Shown here piece after piece: positions 41,325 through 53,121 of a stretch of DNA of 64,000 bases. The stretch is from Verrucomicrobiota bacterium (GTDB lineage: Bacteria; Verrucomicrobiota; Verrucomicrobiia; Opitutales; Opitutaceae): the NCBI GenBank assembly GCA_947471035.1, contig CANIWJ010000003.1:1-64000 (forward strand). The letters are read 5' to 3'. Made by a program: the position numbers and the translations under genes. Under the pieces are notes generated by a model. That model was given only the letters and a program-made list of their open reading frames with translations. It ran no database searches and had not been told where the DNA came from. The first letter of the stretch is position 1; every line of letters starts with the position of its first letter.

Positions 41325-41448
41325 GACAAAGGGGATTAAGGAAACAGGATTGTGAACGTAAGAACGCAGCCGCACGTCGAGGTTCCGTGTTAGAGCACCT
41401 TAGTAGCTTGGCTCGCCTGGTCGGCGCCGAGCCCGGCACGGCAAACGC

Positions 41449-42987
<1,539 letters not shown>

Positions 42988-43137
42988 GTGGTAAACGAAA
43001 AAAGAAGCCCAGCCCGTGGCGTGAGGGCAAGGAGCGATTGGCAAGGGCGGCGAACAAGTGCCCGGTGGAAATTTCGGTCCAAATTCTCGCTACGGCGCGC
43101 TTGTGCACGGAGGTTTTCAGGGTTTGTCCCATTTGCC

Positions 43138-43452
43138 ATGCTTTCCACCTCTCTTGATCGCCTGCGTCTCGTCGGCCTGCTTGAAGGCCTATCCTTCTTG
43201 ATTTTGATGTTTATCGCCATGCCGCTCAAATACCTAGCCGGCCAACCCCTCGCGGTGCGTTACGTCGGTATGGCGCACGGCATCCTGTTTCTCCTCTACC
43301 TGCTGGCCCTCGTTCCGGTAGTACTAGATAACCGTTGGAGTTGGAAAACCGCCGCATTGGGACTGCTCGCCAGCCTGCTGCCGGGCGGCCCGTTCGTCTT
43401 CGATGCCCGTGTGCTCAAACCGCTTTCCGAGGCGAACAAGACCAAGGGTTGA
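43138..43452 (+). CDS. DUF3817-like small membrane protein
   Basis: 104 aa, 3 predicted TM helices; upstream portion of the track ORF rejected. Confidence 0.5.
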   Translation: MLSTSLDRLRLVGLLEGLSFLILMFIAMPLKYLAGQPLAVRYVGMAHGILFLLYLLALVPVVLDNRWSWKTAALGLLASLLPGGPFVFDARVLKPLSEANKTKG

Positions 43453-43491
43453 CGACCAGCCCACAAAGCGCCGACATACCCGCCGCAACGC

Positions 43492-43577
43492 GCCTCCGTG
43501 GTGGAATGGCAGACACACGAGACTTAAAATCTTTTGTCCGAAAGGGCGTGCCGGTTCGACTCCGGCCGGGGGCACCA
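43492..43577 (+). tRNA. tRNA-Leu (anticodon UAA)
   Basis: Manual fold: acceptor GCCUCCG/CGGGGGC, anticodon loop CUUAAAA (UAA), long variable arm, T-arm GCCGG-UUCGACU-CCGGC, encoded CCA. Confidence 0.8.
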
Positions 43578-43679
43578 GCGCTGCGAAGAGTCGGTCAGGA
43601 AAAAAACTAAACGACTCTGTGAACGCGGAATGTTTTTCCCGGTTTACCCGCGCGACCGCAGCCCCAGCATACGCCAACG

Positions 43680-44057
43680 ATGAAGGAAGTTCCGCTCTCC
43701 GTATTTCTCGCGCCGCTGTTCATGCTTTTTGAGCTGGTGCAGCTTTTCGCGGCGGAACGTTTGCTCGGGGTAAAACAAATCCTCGCCGGCGGCGATCCCC
43801 GCCAAAAAGGACCGGGCGAGTGGGTCTCCGCCCTCTGGGCCGGAGCCATGCTGGCAGAAGGCGCTTGGTTAATGTGGATGCTCACCGCCCGCCCCACCCG
43901 CCTTCACGCCATTTGCATGCTCGTAATCTGGCTGGTCGGTTTCGGTCTTCGCCACAACTGCCCGCTTAAACGGGTGCTCGTCATCCTTACCCTTGAGGGC
44001 GCGCTGCGCCTCGGACTGATGCTTTCCCTGCTCGGCAGCGCTTGGCGCGCATTATAG
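43680..44057 (+). CDS. hypothetical small membrane protein
   Basis: 125-aa ORF with 3-4 hydrophobic segments; no recognisable motif. Confidence 0.4.
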   Translation: MKEVPLSVFLAPLFMLFELVQLFAAERLLGVKQILAGGDPRQKGPGEWVSALWAGAMLAEGAWLMWMLTARPTRLHAICMLVIWLVGFGLRHNCPLKRVLVILTLEGALRLGLMLSLLGSAWRAL

Positions 44058-44064
44058 GCCGCGC

Positions 44065-45132
44065 CTACTCCGCACTCGGTGGCGCAGCCTCGTAAGCCGG
44101 CCAGTTGGCGAGCAGCGCCGCCACCACCGTAGAGCCCACTTGGTGAGCCGCTTCCAACGCGGGCAGCATGCCCTGATACTCGGCTACCATGCTGGCGGCG
44201 GCACTCTGGCCCACCGGCGGCATGGAGAAATTGCTCCCCGTGCGCAGCACCAGCACGCGCCCGAAATCCACCCGGTGCATCGCGGCCAAACGCGTGAGGG
44301 CGTTGGCGATACCGTGATCCTCCATGTTGGTCATGACCGCGAGGCCGCGACCTTCGGTGTAGAGCGCGGTCCAGTCCTCGGCCCATTTCTGCATCACCGC
44401 GCCATGCCAATACCGGCAGGCCGCGAAACTATCGCCCAACATGACTCGCGGTCCGGCCCCCACGGCGGGGAAATCCCCGGCGTAAAGCGCCCGGTGGGCC
44501 GACGCCTCAGGAGAATCGGCCAGCTTCAAACCCTTGGTTTTCGTGTAGGCCCAAGCGACCAGTCCGGGCGAGAGCGTCCATGTCATGGGCTTGGGCGCCC
44601 AGGCCGGAATAACCGGTTTGCCCAGCGGAGTCTTGTTGCCCAGCGCCATGATGCCGTAGGGCCAGTCGGCGGGCGCCTCGCGCGAATCGATTTCGTAGGC
44701 GATGTCGCCGTCGATCACGTAGCGTGCCCAGGCCGCGCTGCCCTCGGCGGCCAGTCGGGGGTTCACGCCTGCAATGCCGTTGACCAACCAATACGAGCGC
44801 GAGAAATCGAAACGCGGATCAAGCCCGAGGGCCAACACCTGCAAGCTGGCCCGTACCGTCGTGCCGGAGACCACGCCATAAACCCCCGTCGTCGGGTTGT
44901 AACGCACGGGGTGGTCCAAACCAGGCACTGTAAGCGTCTCGGTGAGTTTTTCGCGCTCAGCCCAAAACTGGAACTCGCCGGGTGCGTCGCCCGTGTCGGC
45001 TCCGATCTCAAACGTGGAAACGACCACGACTTTCGGCCGGTGCATAGGCTCCGCCACACCGAGACAGACGGCGACCGAGATAAAAAAAACGGCGGAAAAA
45101 GCACGCCGCCAAGAGACAGTGAACGGGTTCAT
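44065..45132 (-). CDS. purine nucleoside permease-like (NUP-family) secreted protein
   Basis: Signal peptide MNPFTVSWRRAFSAVFFISVAVCLGVA; overall resemblance to the purine nucleoside permease family, a weak recollection-based call. Confidence 0.45.
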   Translation of the reverse strand: MNPFTVSWRRAFSAVFFISVAVCLGVAEPMHRPKVVVVSTFEIGADTGDAPGEFQFWAEREKLTETLTVPGLDHPVRYNPTTGVYGVVSGTTVRASLQVLALGLDPRFDFSRSYWLVNGIAGVNPRLAAEGSAAWARYVIDGDIAYEIDSREAPADWPYGIMALGNKTPLGKPVIPAWAPKPMTWTLSPGLVAWAYTKTKGLKLADSPEASAHRALYAGDFPAVGAGPRVMLGDSFAACRYWHGAVMQKWAEDWTALYTEGRGLAVMTNMEDHGIANALTRLAAMHRVDFGRVLVLRTGSNFSMPPVGQSAAASMVAEYQGMLPALEAAHQVGSTVVAALLANWPAYEAAPPSAE

Positions 45133-45178
45133 GGCGCTCCCCGCCGCAAGGCGCATGCCATCGAGCCCGCCAAGCTGC

Positions 45179-46108
45179 TCAAACCTGGGTGCGGAAATAA
45201 GCGATAGTGCGCGCCAGCCCTTCTTCAAGCGCCACGGTGGGAGCCCAGTTGTTCAGATGTTTTTGAGCCAAGGTGATGTCGGGGCAGCGTTGCTTGGGGT
45301 CGTCGCCGGGCAAGGGTCGGTGCACGATCTTCGACTTGCTGCCGGTGAGTTTGAGCGTGAGCTCAGCCAGCTGGAGCATGGTAAACTCGCCAGGGTTGCC
45401 GATGTTGATCGGACCAGTCACCGCGGTCTGGTTCATGAGGCGGACAAAGCCCTCGATGAGGTCGTCCACATAGCAGAACGAACGCGTCTGGAGGCCGTCG
45501 CCGTAGATCGTGATATCTTCGCCGCGTAGCGCCTGCACGATGAAGTTGGAGACCACGCGACCGTCGTTCGGATGCATGCGCGGTCCGTAGGTGTTGAAGA
45601 TGCGCACGATACGAATATCGACCTGGTTTTGCCGGTGATAATCCATGAACAGCGTCTCGGCCACGCGCTTGCCTTCGTCATAACAGGAGCGGATGCCGAT
45701 GGGGTTGACGTTGCCCCAGTAGCTCTCCGGCTGTGGATGCAGCGCCGGGTCGCCGTAAACCTCCGAAGTGCTGGCTTGGAAAACGCGGGCGTGGGTGCGT
45801 TTGGCCAGACCGAGGCAGTTGATCGCGCCCATTACGGAGGTTTTCACCGTCTTGATCGCGTTGTATTGGTAGTGGGGCGGCGAGGCCGGGCAGGCTAGAT
45901 TGTAGATTTGGTCCACCTCAAACTTGAAAGGGTCGATCACATCATGGCGCACTAGCTCGAAGTCAGACCGGCCGTGCAGGTGGGCGATGTTGCTTTTCCG
46001 CCCGGTGAAGAAGTTGTCGAGGCAGATAACGTCGTTGCCGTCCTTGAGGAGGCGATCGCAAAGGTGAGAACCGAGAAAGCCAGCGCCGCCGGTGACGAGA
46101 ATACGCAT
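45179..46108 (-). CDS. uxs: UDP-glucuronate decarboxylase (UDP-xylose synthase)
   Basis: SDR-e fold [10 protein letters not shown]; YxxxK; strong UXS-like conservation throughout. Confidence 0.9.
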   Translation of the reverse strand: MRILVTGGAGFLGSHLCDRLLKDGNDVICLDNFFTGRKSNIAHLHGRSDFELVRHDVIDPFKFEVDQIYNLACPASPPHYQYNAIKTVKTSVMGAINCLGLAKRTHARVFQASTSEVYGDPALHPQPESYWGNVNPIGIRSCYDEGKRVAETLFMDYHRQNQVDIRIVRIFNTYGPRMHPNDGRVVSNFIVQALRGEDITIYGDGLQTRSFCYVDDLIEGFVRLMNQTAVTGPINIGNPGEFTMLQLAELTLKLTGSKSKIVHRPLPGDDPKQRCPDITLAQKHLNNWAPTVALEEGLARTIAYFRTQV

Positions 46109-46177
46109 GGAGAAAAGCAGAGGGAAAAGTTAAGAGACGGAAAGACGTAAAAGACCGTGATAGAGATCGCGGTCGCC

Positions 46178-47317
46178 TTACCGCGCCGCCGCGCCTGCCT
46201 CGTAACGGGCCACCCAGGCGCGGTGCCACGGACCGTAATCCCCCGCCTCGATATGGGCCCGGGCCTGCGCCATCAGATCGAGATAAAACGCGAGATTATG
46301 AACGGTGAGCAGGGTGCAGCCGAGCATCTCGCCCGCGACCATGAGGTGACGCAAATAGGCGCGGGAGAAATTCGTGGTGTAGTTGCGCGCATCAGGGTGG
46401 ATAGGGCCGGGATCGGCACGGAAGCGCTCGTTCTTGAGGTTGAGCGGTCCGTCGGGCGTGAAGACCAAACCGTTGCGCGCCACCCGGCTGGGCAGCACGC
46501 AGTCAAACATGTCCACGCCCAGCGCGACCATTTTCAATAACTGCGGCGGCGTGCCCAGCCCCATGGTATAGCGGGGTTTGTCCACTGGCATGAACGGCGT
46601 GGTCGCCCCGACCTGTTTAAGCATTTCCGGCTCCGGCTCGCCAACGCTCACTCCGCCCACCGCGTAACCGGGGAAATCCAGCGCGGCGAGCGACTCGGCC
46701 GCCTCGCGCCGGAGGTCGTCGTAGGTGGAGCCCTGCACGATGGCGAAAACGTGGTGTCCGGCGGCGAGGAAGCCGTTGTCGGTCGCGATCTGCTTGCAGC
46801 GCGTTGCCCAGCGCAGGGAGCGCGCACAGGCTTCGGCGGTGGCGTCGCGCTCGCAGGGCCAGGGCGGGCACTCGTCGATCACCATGGCGATGTCGCTGCC
46901 GAGGTTGGCCTGAATGGTCATCACCTCTTGCGGGCCGAGGAAGAGCTTTTTGCCGTCGAGGTGGCTTTGAAATTCCACGCCGTCGTCGTGCATCTTGCGC
47001 AGCTTGGCCAAGGAAAACACCTGAAAGCCGCCGCTGTCGGTGAGGATTGGTCCGTCCCACCCCATGAACGCATGCAAGCCGCCCAGCTCCTTAACCAGCT
47101 CGCTAGTGGGGCGTAGATTGAGGTGGTAGGTGTTGCCCAAGATGATCTGCGCGCCGAGTTCGCGCAGTTGCACCGGGGTGACGCCTTTCACCGTGCCCTG
47201 CGTGCCGACCGGCATGAAGATGGGCGTTTCGATGACACCATGGCGGGTTCGCAGCCGTCCCCGGCGGGCGGCGGTGCTGGTATCGGTTTTAAGCAAGTCG
47301 AAGTGCGGGACGGGCAT
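46178..47317 (-). CDS. tgt: tRNA-guanine transglycosylase (queuine tRNA-ribosyltransferase)
   Basis: FMPVGTQGTVKG, LGNTYHL, zinc-binding C-terminal region. Confidence 0.9.
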   Translation of the reverse strand: MPVPHFDLLKTDTSTAARRGRLRTRHGVIETPIFMPVGTQGTVKGVTPVQLRELGAQIILGNTYHLNLRPTSELVKELGGLHAFMGWDGPILTDSGGFQVFSLAKLRKMHDDGVEFQSHLDGKKLFLGPQEVMTIQANLGSDIAMVIDECPPWPCERDATAEACARSLRWATRCKQIATDNGFLAAGHHVFAIVQGSTYDDLRREAAESLAALDFPGYAVGGVSVGEPEPEMLKQVGATTPFMPVDKPRYTMGLGTPPQLLKMVALGVDMFDCVLPSRVARNGLVFTPDGPLNLKNERFRADPGPIHPDARNYTTNFSRAYLRHLMVAGEMLGCTLLTVHNLAFYLDLMAQARAHIEAGDYGPWHRAWVARYEAGAAAR

Positions 47318-47379
47318 GCCACCTAACATCCAACAGCGGAGCCGCTGCCTCCAATCCTGAATTTGCGCGGCTTCGTATT

Positions 47380-48042
47380 CTAACGCGGATTTTCAAAAAC
47401 TGCGGCGCGTTCGGCGGGCGTGAGTTCGCGCCAGGCCCCGGGCGTGGCGAGCAAGTCGAGGGTCGCGAGCGTGACGCGGCCGATGCGCATGCGCAGCAAA
47501 CGCAAGGTGGGGTGGCCGATGGCGGCGGTCATGCGACGGACCTGGCGGTTTTTCCCCTCGTGCAAGGCGAGCGAGAGCCAGCTATCGGGGACGTTTTTAC
47601 GAAAACGAACGGGCGGATCGCGGGGAGGCAGGCGGGCGATCTCGGGCTCCGGAATACCTCGCACGCGGACCGGGGCGCAGGCGTGGTCGGGCAGGCGCAC
47701 GCCGGCCGCGAGCCGGGCGAGGGCGGCGACGTCGGGGATACGTTCCACCTGCACCCAGTATTCGCGTTCGTGGGCGTGGCGGGGATCGAGCAGGCGAGTG
47801 TTGACACCAGATTCGTCGGATAGGAGGAGCAGGCCCTCGCTGTCGGCGTCGAGCCGCCCGAGCGGATAAACCCGGGGCGGCAGCTTGGGAACGAGATCGG
47901 CCAAAGTCCGCCATTTCGAGCCGGGCTCGGGGGTGAACTGGGAGAGCACGCCATAGGGTTTGTGAAGAGCGATGAGCACGATGAGCAAAGCCAGTATTGA
48001 CGAATGCCCAATGTCCAATGACCAATGTGCAGGCTGGCACAC
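47380..48042 (-). CDS. rluE: RluE/RsuA-family rRNA pseudouridine synthase
   Basis: LHKPYGVLSQF...LGRLDADSEGLLLLSD catalytic-Asp motif; 5' end overlaps a family-A repeat, so the true start may be a downstream GTG/TTG. Confidence 0.75.
   Translation of the reverse strand: MCQPAHWSLDIGHSSILALLIVLIALHKPYGVLSQFTPEPGSKWRTLADLVPKLPPRVYPLGRLDADSEGLLLLSDESGVNTRLLDPRHAHEREYWVQVERIPDVAALARLAAGVRLPDHACAPVRVRGIPEPEIARLPPRDPPVRFRKNVPDSWLSLALHEGKNRQVRRMTAAIGHPTLRLLRMRIGRVTLATLDLLATPGAWRELTPAERAAVFENPR
47997..48030. repeat. family-A repeat copy (TGACGAATGCCCAATGTCCAATGACCAATG) at the 5' end of rluE
   Basis: Direct 11-bp AATGNCNAATG-type units; near-identical in its first 16 bp to the left arm of the 3126 element. 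Confidence 0.65.
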
Positions 48043-48074
48043 GGGCGGGATGAGGGTTTGCTGAAGCCAATCTT

Positions 48075-49070
48075 ATGCGCGCCATCCAACTTATCGCAGT
48101 TAACCAACTCGAAATCCGTGAAGTTGCCGATCCGGTTCCCATGCCGGGCGAGGCGGTGGTTAAAGTCGCGGCGGCGGCGCTCAACCACCGTGATGTGTGG
48201 ATCAAACTAGGCCAGTATGCGGGGCTGAAATTCCCCTCGATCCCGGGCTCGGACGGGGTGGGCGAAGTGATGGCGGTGGGCACGGCGGCGGACGCGGCCT
48301 GGGTGGGAAAACGGGTGGTGATTAATCCCTCGTTCGGCTGGGGAGATCGCCAGGATACGCAGGGCGCTGATTTTTCGATTTTGGGCCTGCCGCGCGAAGG
48401 CACCCTGGCGGAGCGGTTGGCGGTGCCGGTGACGCAACTGGCCCTGGCGCCGGAGCACTTGAGTGACGAGGCGGCGGCGGCGCTGCCGCTGGCCGGGCTC
48501 ACAGCATGGCGGGCGGTGATGAGCCGTGCGCGTTTGCAAGCGGGAGAGCGTATATTGATCGGGGGCATTGGCGGCGGCACGGCCTTGTTTGCGTTGCAGT
48601 TCGCGGTGGCGGCGGGCGCGGAAGTGTGGGTGACCTCATCGCGGCCGGAAAAAATCGCCCGCGCGATGGCGCTGGGGGCGCGAGGCGGCTTTGACTACGC
48701 CAAACCGGGCTGGGCGGAGGCGGCGCAAGCGGCGGCGGGCGGACTTTTTGACGTGATTATCGACAGCGCCGGGGGCAACGGCTTCGAGTCCTTGGTAGAT
48801 CTGGCTGCACCGGGCGGGCGGATCGTCTTTTTCGGCGCTACACGGGGAAACCCAAACGTCCTGCCGATGCGGAAGATTTTCTGGCGTCAACTCAGTCTGC
48901 TTGGCTCCACCATGGGCAGCCCGGCGGATTGGACAGAGATGCTGGCGGCCGTCACCCGGCATCGCATCGAGCCGGTGGTGAGCGAGGTATTTTCCTTTGC
49001 CGAGGCCGCGCGGGCTTTTGAGCAGATGGAGCGCGGCGAGCAGTTTGGAAAAATCGTACTTAAACCGTGA
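48075..49070 (+). CDS. MDR-family zinc-type alcohol dehydrogenase/quinone oxidoreductase
   Basis: GroES-like N-domain and Rossmann GGIGGGTALFALQFA. Confidence 0.8.
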   Translation: MRAIQLIAVNQLEIREVADPVPMPGEAVVKVAAAALNHRDVWIKLGQYAGLKFPSIPGSDGVGEVMAVGTAADAAWVGKRVVINPSFGWGDRQDTQGADFSILGLPREGTLAERLAVPVTQLALAPEHLSDEAAAALPLAGLTAWRAVMSRARLQAGERILIGGIGGGTALFALQFAVAAGAEVWVTSSRPEKIARAMALGARGGFDYAKPGWAEAAQAAAGGLFDVIIDSAGGNGFESLVDLAAPGGRIVFFGATRGNPNVLPMRKIFWRQLSLLGSTMGSPADWTEMLAAVTRHRIEPVVSEVFSFAEAARAFEQMERGEQFGKIVLKP

Positions 49071-49178
49071 TGGCGCTCGAATGAAACCGCAGACGAGAAC
49101 GAGCGTCGTATTCAGGGTGTTGCCAAGCCCGGTCCGGCCTGCCTGCATCGCGAACTCCCTTCCCTAATCCCCTACCCC

Positions 49179-49766
49179 GTGAAGTCCTGTTTACGCAGTT
49201 TTGTTTTTCTGGCCGGTGCGGGCGTGCTGAGTCTGCCGGGCATGGATTTCTCGAATCTGACCGCTCGCTCGCCGTTTGCGCCAGCCGGTGCGGGCCGGTC
49301 CGATTCCGCTCCGGTGGAGGCATCTCAGTTGGAATTTCGTAGCATCGCATCGGATCAAGGCGGCGTGATGTTTAGCGTTTTTGACCTGACGGCGAATCGC
49401 GGGCGTTGGCTGCGCTTGGGCGAAGCGGGGCCGACGGTGGTCAAATCTTACGATGCCGCGGAGAGCCAGATTCAGGTCGAGCACCAAGGGAAAGTTATCC
49501 CGCTAAAGCTGAAGCGCGCCACCATCCAGGCGGGGGCGGCGATGCCAATGCCGGTCATGCCTGCGGTTCAGACCATGGCGGGCTCAGCCGCGAATGCCGG
49601 CATCGGCACGGCGGCATCGCCGAACGATGCGCGGCGTTTGGAATCGGTCGCGGCCGAAGTGCGGCGGCGGCGCGCGCTGCGCACTGCCGCCCAAACCCCG
49701 GCACCCGCAAGCGCCCCGGCCACGGGCACGGCGGCTCCCGTCGTGCCGCCACCGCCGGTGCCTTAA
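49179..49766 (+). CDS. hypothetical secreted protein upstream of the T2SS pseudopilin operon
   Basis: Signal peptide; Ala/Pro-rich C-terminus; GTG start; no recognisable motif. Confidence 0.4.
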   Translation: MKSCLRSFVFLAGAGVLSLPGMDFSNLTARSPFAPAGAGRSDSAPVEASQLEFRSIASDQGGVMFSVFDLTANRGRWLRLGEAGPTVVKSYDAAESQIQVEHQGKVIPLKLKRATIQAGAAMPMPVMPAVQTMAGSAANAGIGTAASPNDARRLESVAAEVRRRRALRTAAQTPAPASAPATGTAAPVVPPPPVP

Positions 49767-49796
49767 ATTTCGTTTTTTAACCCTCTGCTTTTTCTC

Positions 49797-50252
49797 ATGC
49801 GTTCATCCTTAAACGTTCATTTCCCTGAAAACCTTCGTGCCCGGCGGGCATTTACCCTGCTCGAAATTCTGGTTGTCCTGGCGATTATCGGACTGCTGGT
49901 CGGCCTCGGAGTGAAGAACGCCGACAAAATCCTCGGCAGCAGCCAGGCGTCCATCGCCGGAATTTTCGTTAACGATACGATGAAAACCTCGCTGGTGCGC
50001 TACCGGATCGATTTGGGCGACTACCCCTCAACGGCGGAAGGCTTGGAGGCGCTGGTGACGCCGCCCGCCAGCAAGGCCGAACGGTGGAAGGGACCCTATA
50101 TCGAGGCCAAGGGCGGCAAACTGCCTCACGATCCGTGGTCCGAGCTCTATCAGTATCGCTATCCCGGCACCCAAAACAAAGGCAGCTACGATCTCTTCTC
50201 CAAGGGCCCGGATAAGACCGAGGGTACCGAGGACGACATCGGCAACTGGTAG
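49797..50252 (+). CDS. gspG: type II secretion system major pseudopilin GspG
   Basis: Prepilin-type leader/cleavage-methylation site RRAFTLLEILVVLAIIGLL; conserved GspG C-terminal HDPWSELYQYRYPG. Confidence 0.9.
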   Translation: MRSSLNVHFPENLRARRAFTLLEILVVLAIIGLLVGLGVKNADKILGSSQASIAGIFVNDTMKTSLVRYRIDLGDYPSTAEGLEALVTPPASKAERWKGPYIEAKGGKLPHDPWSELYQYRYPGTQNKGSYDLFSKGPDKTEGTEDDIGNW

Positions 50253-50263
50253 GATCTGAACGT

Positions 50264-50800
50264 GTGCGCGTGGCGTTTTACGATGTCGGGGCCGGAGGCG
50301 GTTTAAACGCGGGGAGGGCTCGCGGAACCCCGGGGTTTACGTTGCTGGAAATCCTGCTCGTGCTAACGCTCATCGCGTTGCTCGGCTCAGTGATGATCGG
50401 GGGCGCGGCTTCGCTTCTGAAAGCATCCAAAGAACAGGATCCCGAGTCGGCTTTATTGGCCTTGCTGCAGAAAACCCGGGGCGAGGCGGTGGAGAAAAAC
50501 CAAGTCGTCGAACTCGTGCAGCAACCCGAGGAACAAAGTTTCCTGCTGAGCACGGGCGGCGTGGAGGTTTTGCCTAAAACCGAAGGCGGCGCGCGAGTGA
50601 CTTTATTACGCGCCGAGTTTTCCGGGGCTTCCCTGATCGGCGGCCAGTTGGAGGAACGTCCGCTGGAGCGCATTCGGTTTTACCCTGACGGGGCCTGCGA
50701 TCCGATGCGGGTGCAGGTGCGGCGGGGAGAGGTGCGGAGGGTATATGCGATCGACCCATGGACCGCCGCGCCCCTGCCCGAAGGAGGGAAGGCGCGATGA
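50264..50800 (+). CDS. prepilin-type minor pseudopilin (GspH-like)
   Basis: TPGFTLLEILLVLTLIALL N-terminal methylation domain. Confidence 0.6.
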   Translation: MRVAFYDVGAGGGLNAGRARGTPGFTLLEILLVLTLIALLGSVMIGGAASLLKASKEQDPESALLALLQKTRGEAVEKNQVVELVQQPEEQSFLLSTGGVEVLPKTEGGARVTLLRAEFSGASLIGGQLEERPLERIRFYPDGACDPMRVQVRRGEVRRVYAIDPWTAAPLPEGGKAR

Positions 50801-51264
50801 AACCGTTACCATCCCTGCGCCGGGGATTTACGCTGGTGGAGGTATTGGTCGCGCTGGCGATTTTCGCGCTCTCAGCGGTGGTGCTGGGCGCCTCCTACGT
50901 GAACCTGATCAAACTGCACGCCGCGCTGCGCGCCCGCGATACCAACGAGGACGATCAACGCTGGGTGCGCGCGGCGTTGCTGGCCGAGCCCGACCGGGGG
51001 CTGGCCGAGCGCGGAGGCGATGTGGTGTTGCCCGATGGACGGCGCGCGATCTGGCGGGCCACGATCACGCCGACCGGAGTAAGCGACTTGTTTGATGTGG
51101 CGCTCGAACTGGAGGCCCCGCCCCCGAGCGGATCGGGTGAGTCGGTGAGAAGCACGGTCACGTTGCGTTTGCTCCGGCCCACCTGGTCCACCGAGGCGGA
51201 TCGAAACCTTCTGGTTCAGCGCGCAAGGCAGCGTCTGCAACGCGAACGGGAGGCTTTGCGATGA
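50797..51264 (+). CDS. prepilin-type minor pseudopilin (GspI-like)
   Basis: RRGFTLVEVLVALAIFAL; ATGA overlap with the upstream gene. Confidence 0.6.
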   Translation: MKPLPSLRRGFTLVEVLVALAIFALSAVVLGASYVNLIKLHAALRARDTNEDDQRWVRAALLAEPDRGLAERGGDVVLPDGRRAIWRATITPTGVSDLFDVALELEAPPPSGSGESVRSTVTLRLLRPTWSTEADRNLLVQRARQRLQREREALR

Positions 51265-51947
51265 AGCCGTGCCCAGATAAAAACAGACGCCCTATCCGTA
51301 ATATCCAAAGGAGGGGCGGGCGGGCGTTCACCTTGTTGGAGATGTTGCTCTCGCTCACCCTGATGGCGGCGCTGCTGGTGGCGTTGAACGTCTTTGTTTT
51401 CTCGATGGCGGAAGTCTGGGGGCAGGGCCGGGACGAGCGTTTGTTTCTCCAGCATGTGCGCGCCGTGGTGCGGAATGTGGACGATACGCTGCGCCGCGCC
51501 GCGCTGGGGCCGGAAGGCTCGGGCTTGGAGATGAAGGAAGTGGCCAACGAATCGGGGCAACGCCACCCGGAGCTCTGCTTTGTTTTGGCGGATGGCGGAC
51601 GTTTGCTGGCCGGAGCCTGGCCCGAGACGCCCCTGCCCGACGTGGAGCTTTCCTACGGGGTGGAAGACGGCAAGGGCCTGTGCCTGCACTGGAAATCGCG
51701 GCTGGAAACCCGTTTTGCGGATGAGACGCCTCGCTCCACCGTGGTATCGCCATTCGTGGTGGCGATGAGCTGGGATTACTACGACGACAGCTTTAAACGC
51801 TGGGAAAATCTTGAAGAACCGAGGCGCGAAGCGGACGGCAGCTATGCGGCACCGCGCCGCCTGCGCCTGCGTTTCGAACTCGGTAAACTCAAGGCCGAGC
51901 GCATCGTCGCGATCCCGGTTTTAGGCGAGGGGGCGACGACCAACTAA
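51261..51947 (+). CDS. prepilin-type minor pseudopilin (GspJ-like)
   Basis: GRAFTLLEMLLSLTLMAAL; ATGA overlap with the upstream gene. Confidence 0.6.
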   Translation: MKPCPDKNRRPIRNIQRRGGRAFTLLEMLLSLTLMAALLVALNVFVFSMAEVWGQGRDERLFLQHVRAVVRNVDDTLRRAALGPEGSGLEMKEVANESGQRHPELCFVLADGGRLLAGAWPETPLPDVELSYGVEDGKGLCLHWKSRLETRFADETPRSTVVSPFVVAMSWDYYDDSFKRWENLEEPRREADGSYAAPRRLRLRFELGKLKAERIVAIPVLGEGATTN

Positions 51948-51948
51948 A

Positions 51949-53121
51949 ATGAAAGCCTGCGCGTCTAATTCGTCCCGGCGGGGTTCGGTTATCGTCGTAG
52001 TGTTGGTCACCCTGATGCTCGCTGCGCTGATGCTGGTGAAATTTATGGAAGGCAGCGCGGTGGAGTTGACCCTGGCCACCCGGCAAGCGGATCGCGACCG
52101 GTTGCGCACCGACGCCTACTCCGCCTTGGAAACCGCGCTTGCCGTGATGGCCGAAGTGAAACGCATCGACAAAGAACTCAACACTCCGGCGCAGGGCTGG
52201 GCCGACCCCTACGCCTACGCCGGTGAAACGCCCCGCGAAGGCGTGCAGGTGGAGTTTTCGTATCAGGACGAAAGCGGCAAAGCCTCGCTGCCTAAAATGA
52301 AGTTCGAGGAATTGGTCGAACTGGCCCAGTCCCTCGGCCTGGGCGAATCGGATGCGAAACGGTTCGCCGACGGACTCTTCGTTTGGATGCACGAGAACCA
52401 TACCCCGCAGGAAATCGCGGCGGAGGCGGGTAACTACGAACGTGCCACCCTCCCACACGTGCCGCCCAAGCGCTCGCTGCGGTCATGGGACGAGCTGCGT
52501 GCGGTCCTGGTCGCGCGGGAGTATGTTTACGATCCGGCGGACGGCACGCTGACTTCGTTTGGCCGGTCTTTTCAGGACGCGGTTTCGCTCTATGATTTTA
52601 AGGCGAGCAACGTGAACGCGCTCGCCCCGGGGCTCGGCGTGGCGCGTGGCTGGGATACGACCCAAATTAATGCAGTGGGCAGTTATCAAACCGGGAAAAA
52701 CGGTCGTCCGCCCGGCGCCCCCCCCTGGTTTCGCAGCATGGAAGACGTCACCCCCATCCTCGGGGCCAACGCGGATATGGCCGGTCTGGATGCCACCGCA
52801 AAACTGATCCGGGTGCAGGTGACGGTGCGCGAAGGCGCGGGCGCCTTCCGGCTGGAGGCGCTGGTCACGGATGACGATGCGATTGCCCTGCCCAAGGCGG
52901 CCGAAGCCGCAGTTCCCACCGCCCCCGGGGCGACCCCGAAGCCAGTGGCAAAGGTCCCGGACGCGGTAGGAACAGCCCGGGAAAATCCCGAAAAATCGAC
53001 GACCGGAAAACGCGAGGAAAAGTTGAACTACCCGTTTCACATCCTTGAAGTGTCTGAAACCAGCGGCCCCCCACCCGACGTCATCCTACCTGAAAAAGCA
53101 GCAGCCGAACCCACCCTTTAA
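51949..53121 (+). CDS. GspK-like minor pseudopilin
   Basis: N-terminal hydrophobic helix SVIVVVLVTLMLAALMLV without a classic G/A-F cleavage motif; size (~390 aa) and position typical of GspK. Confidence 0.55.
   Translation: MKACASNSSRRGSVIVVVLVTLMLAALMLVKFMEGSAVELTLATRQADRDRLRTDAYSALETALAVMAEVKRIDKELNTPAQGWADPYAYAGETPREGVQVEFSYQDESGKASLPKMKFEELVELAQSLGLGESDAKRFADGLFVWMHENHTPQEIAAEAGNYERATLPHVPPKRSLRSWDELRAVLVAREYVYDPADGTLTSFGRSFQDAVSLYDFKASNVNALAPGLGVARGWDTTQINAVGSYQTGKNGRPPGAPPWFRSMEDVTPILGANADMAGLDATAKLIRVQVTVREGAGAFRLEALVTDDDAIALPKAAEAAVPTAPGATPKPVAKVPDAVGTARENPEKSTTGKREEKLNYPFHILEVSETSGPPPDVILPEKAAAEPTL

Noticed and set aside
42988-43137. Possible purine riboswitch upstream of guaA
   Set aside because: No recognisable purine-riboswitch core was seen on the minus strand; cannot support the call.
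43403-43732. 109-aa ORF overlapping the tRNA-Leu gene
   Set aside because: Region folds into a canonical tRNA-Leu(UAA) cloverleaf; the ORF translation is Arg-rich junk.
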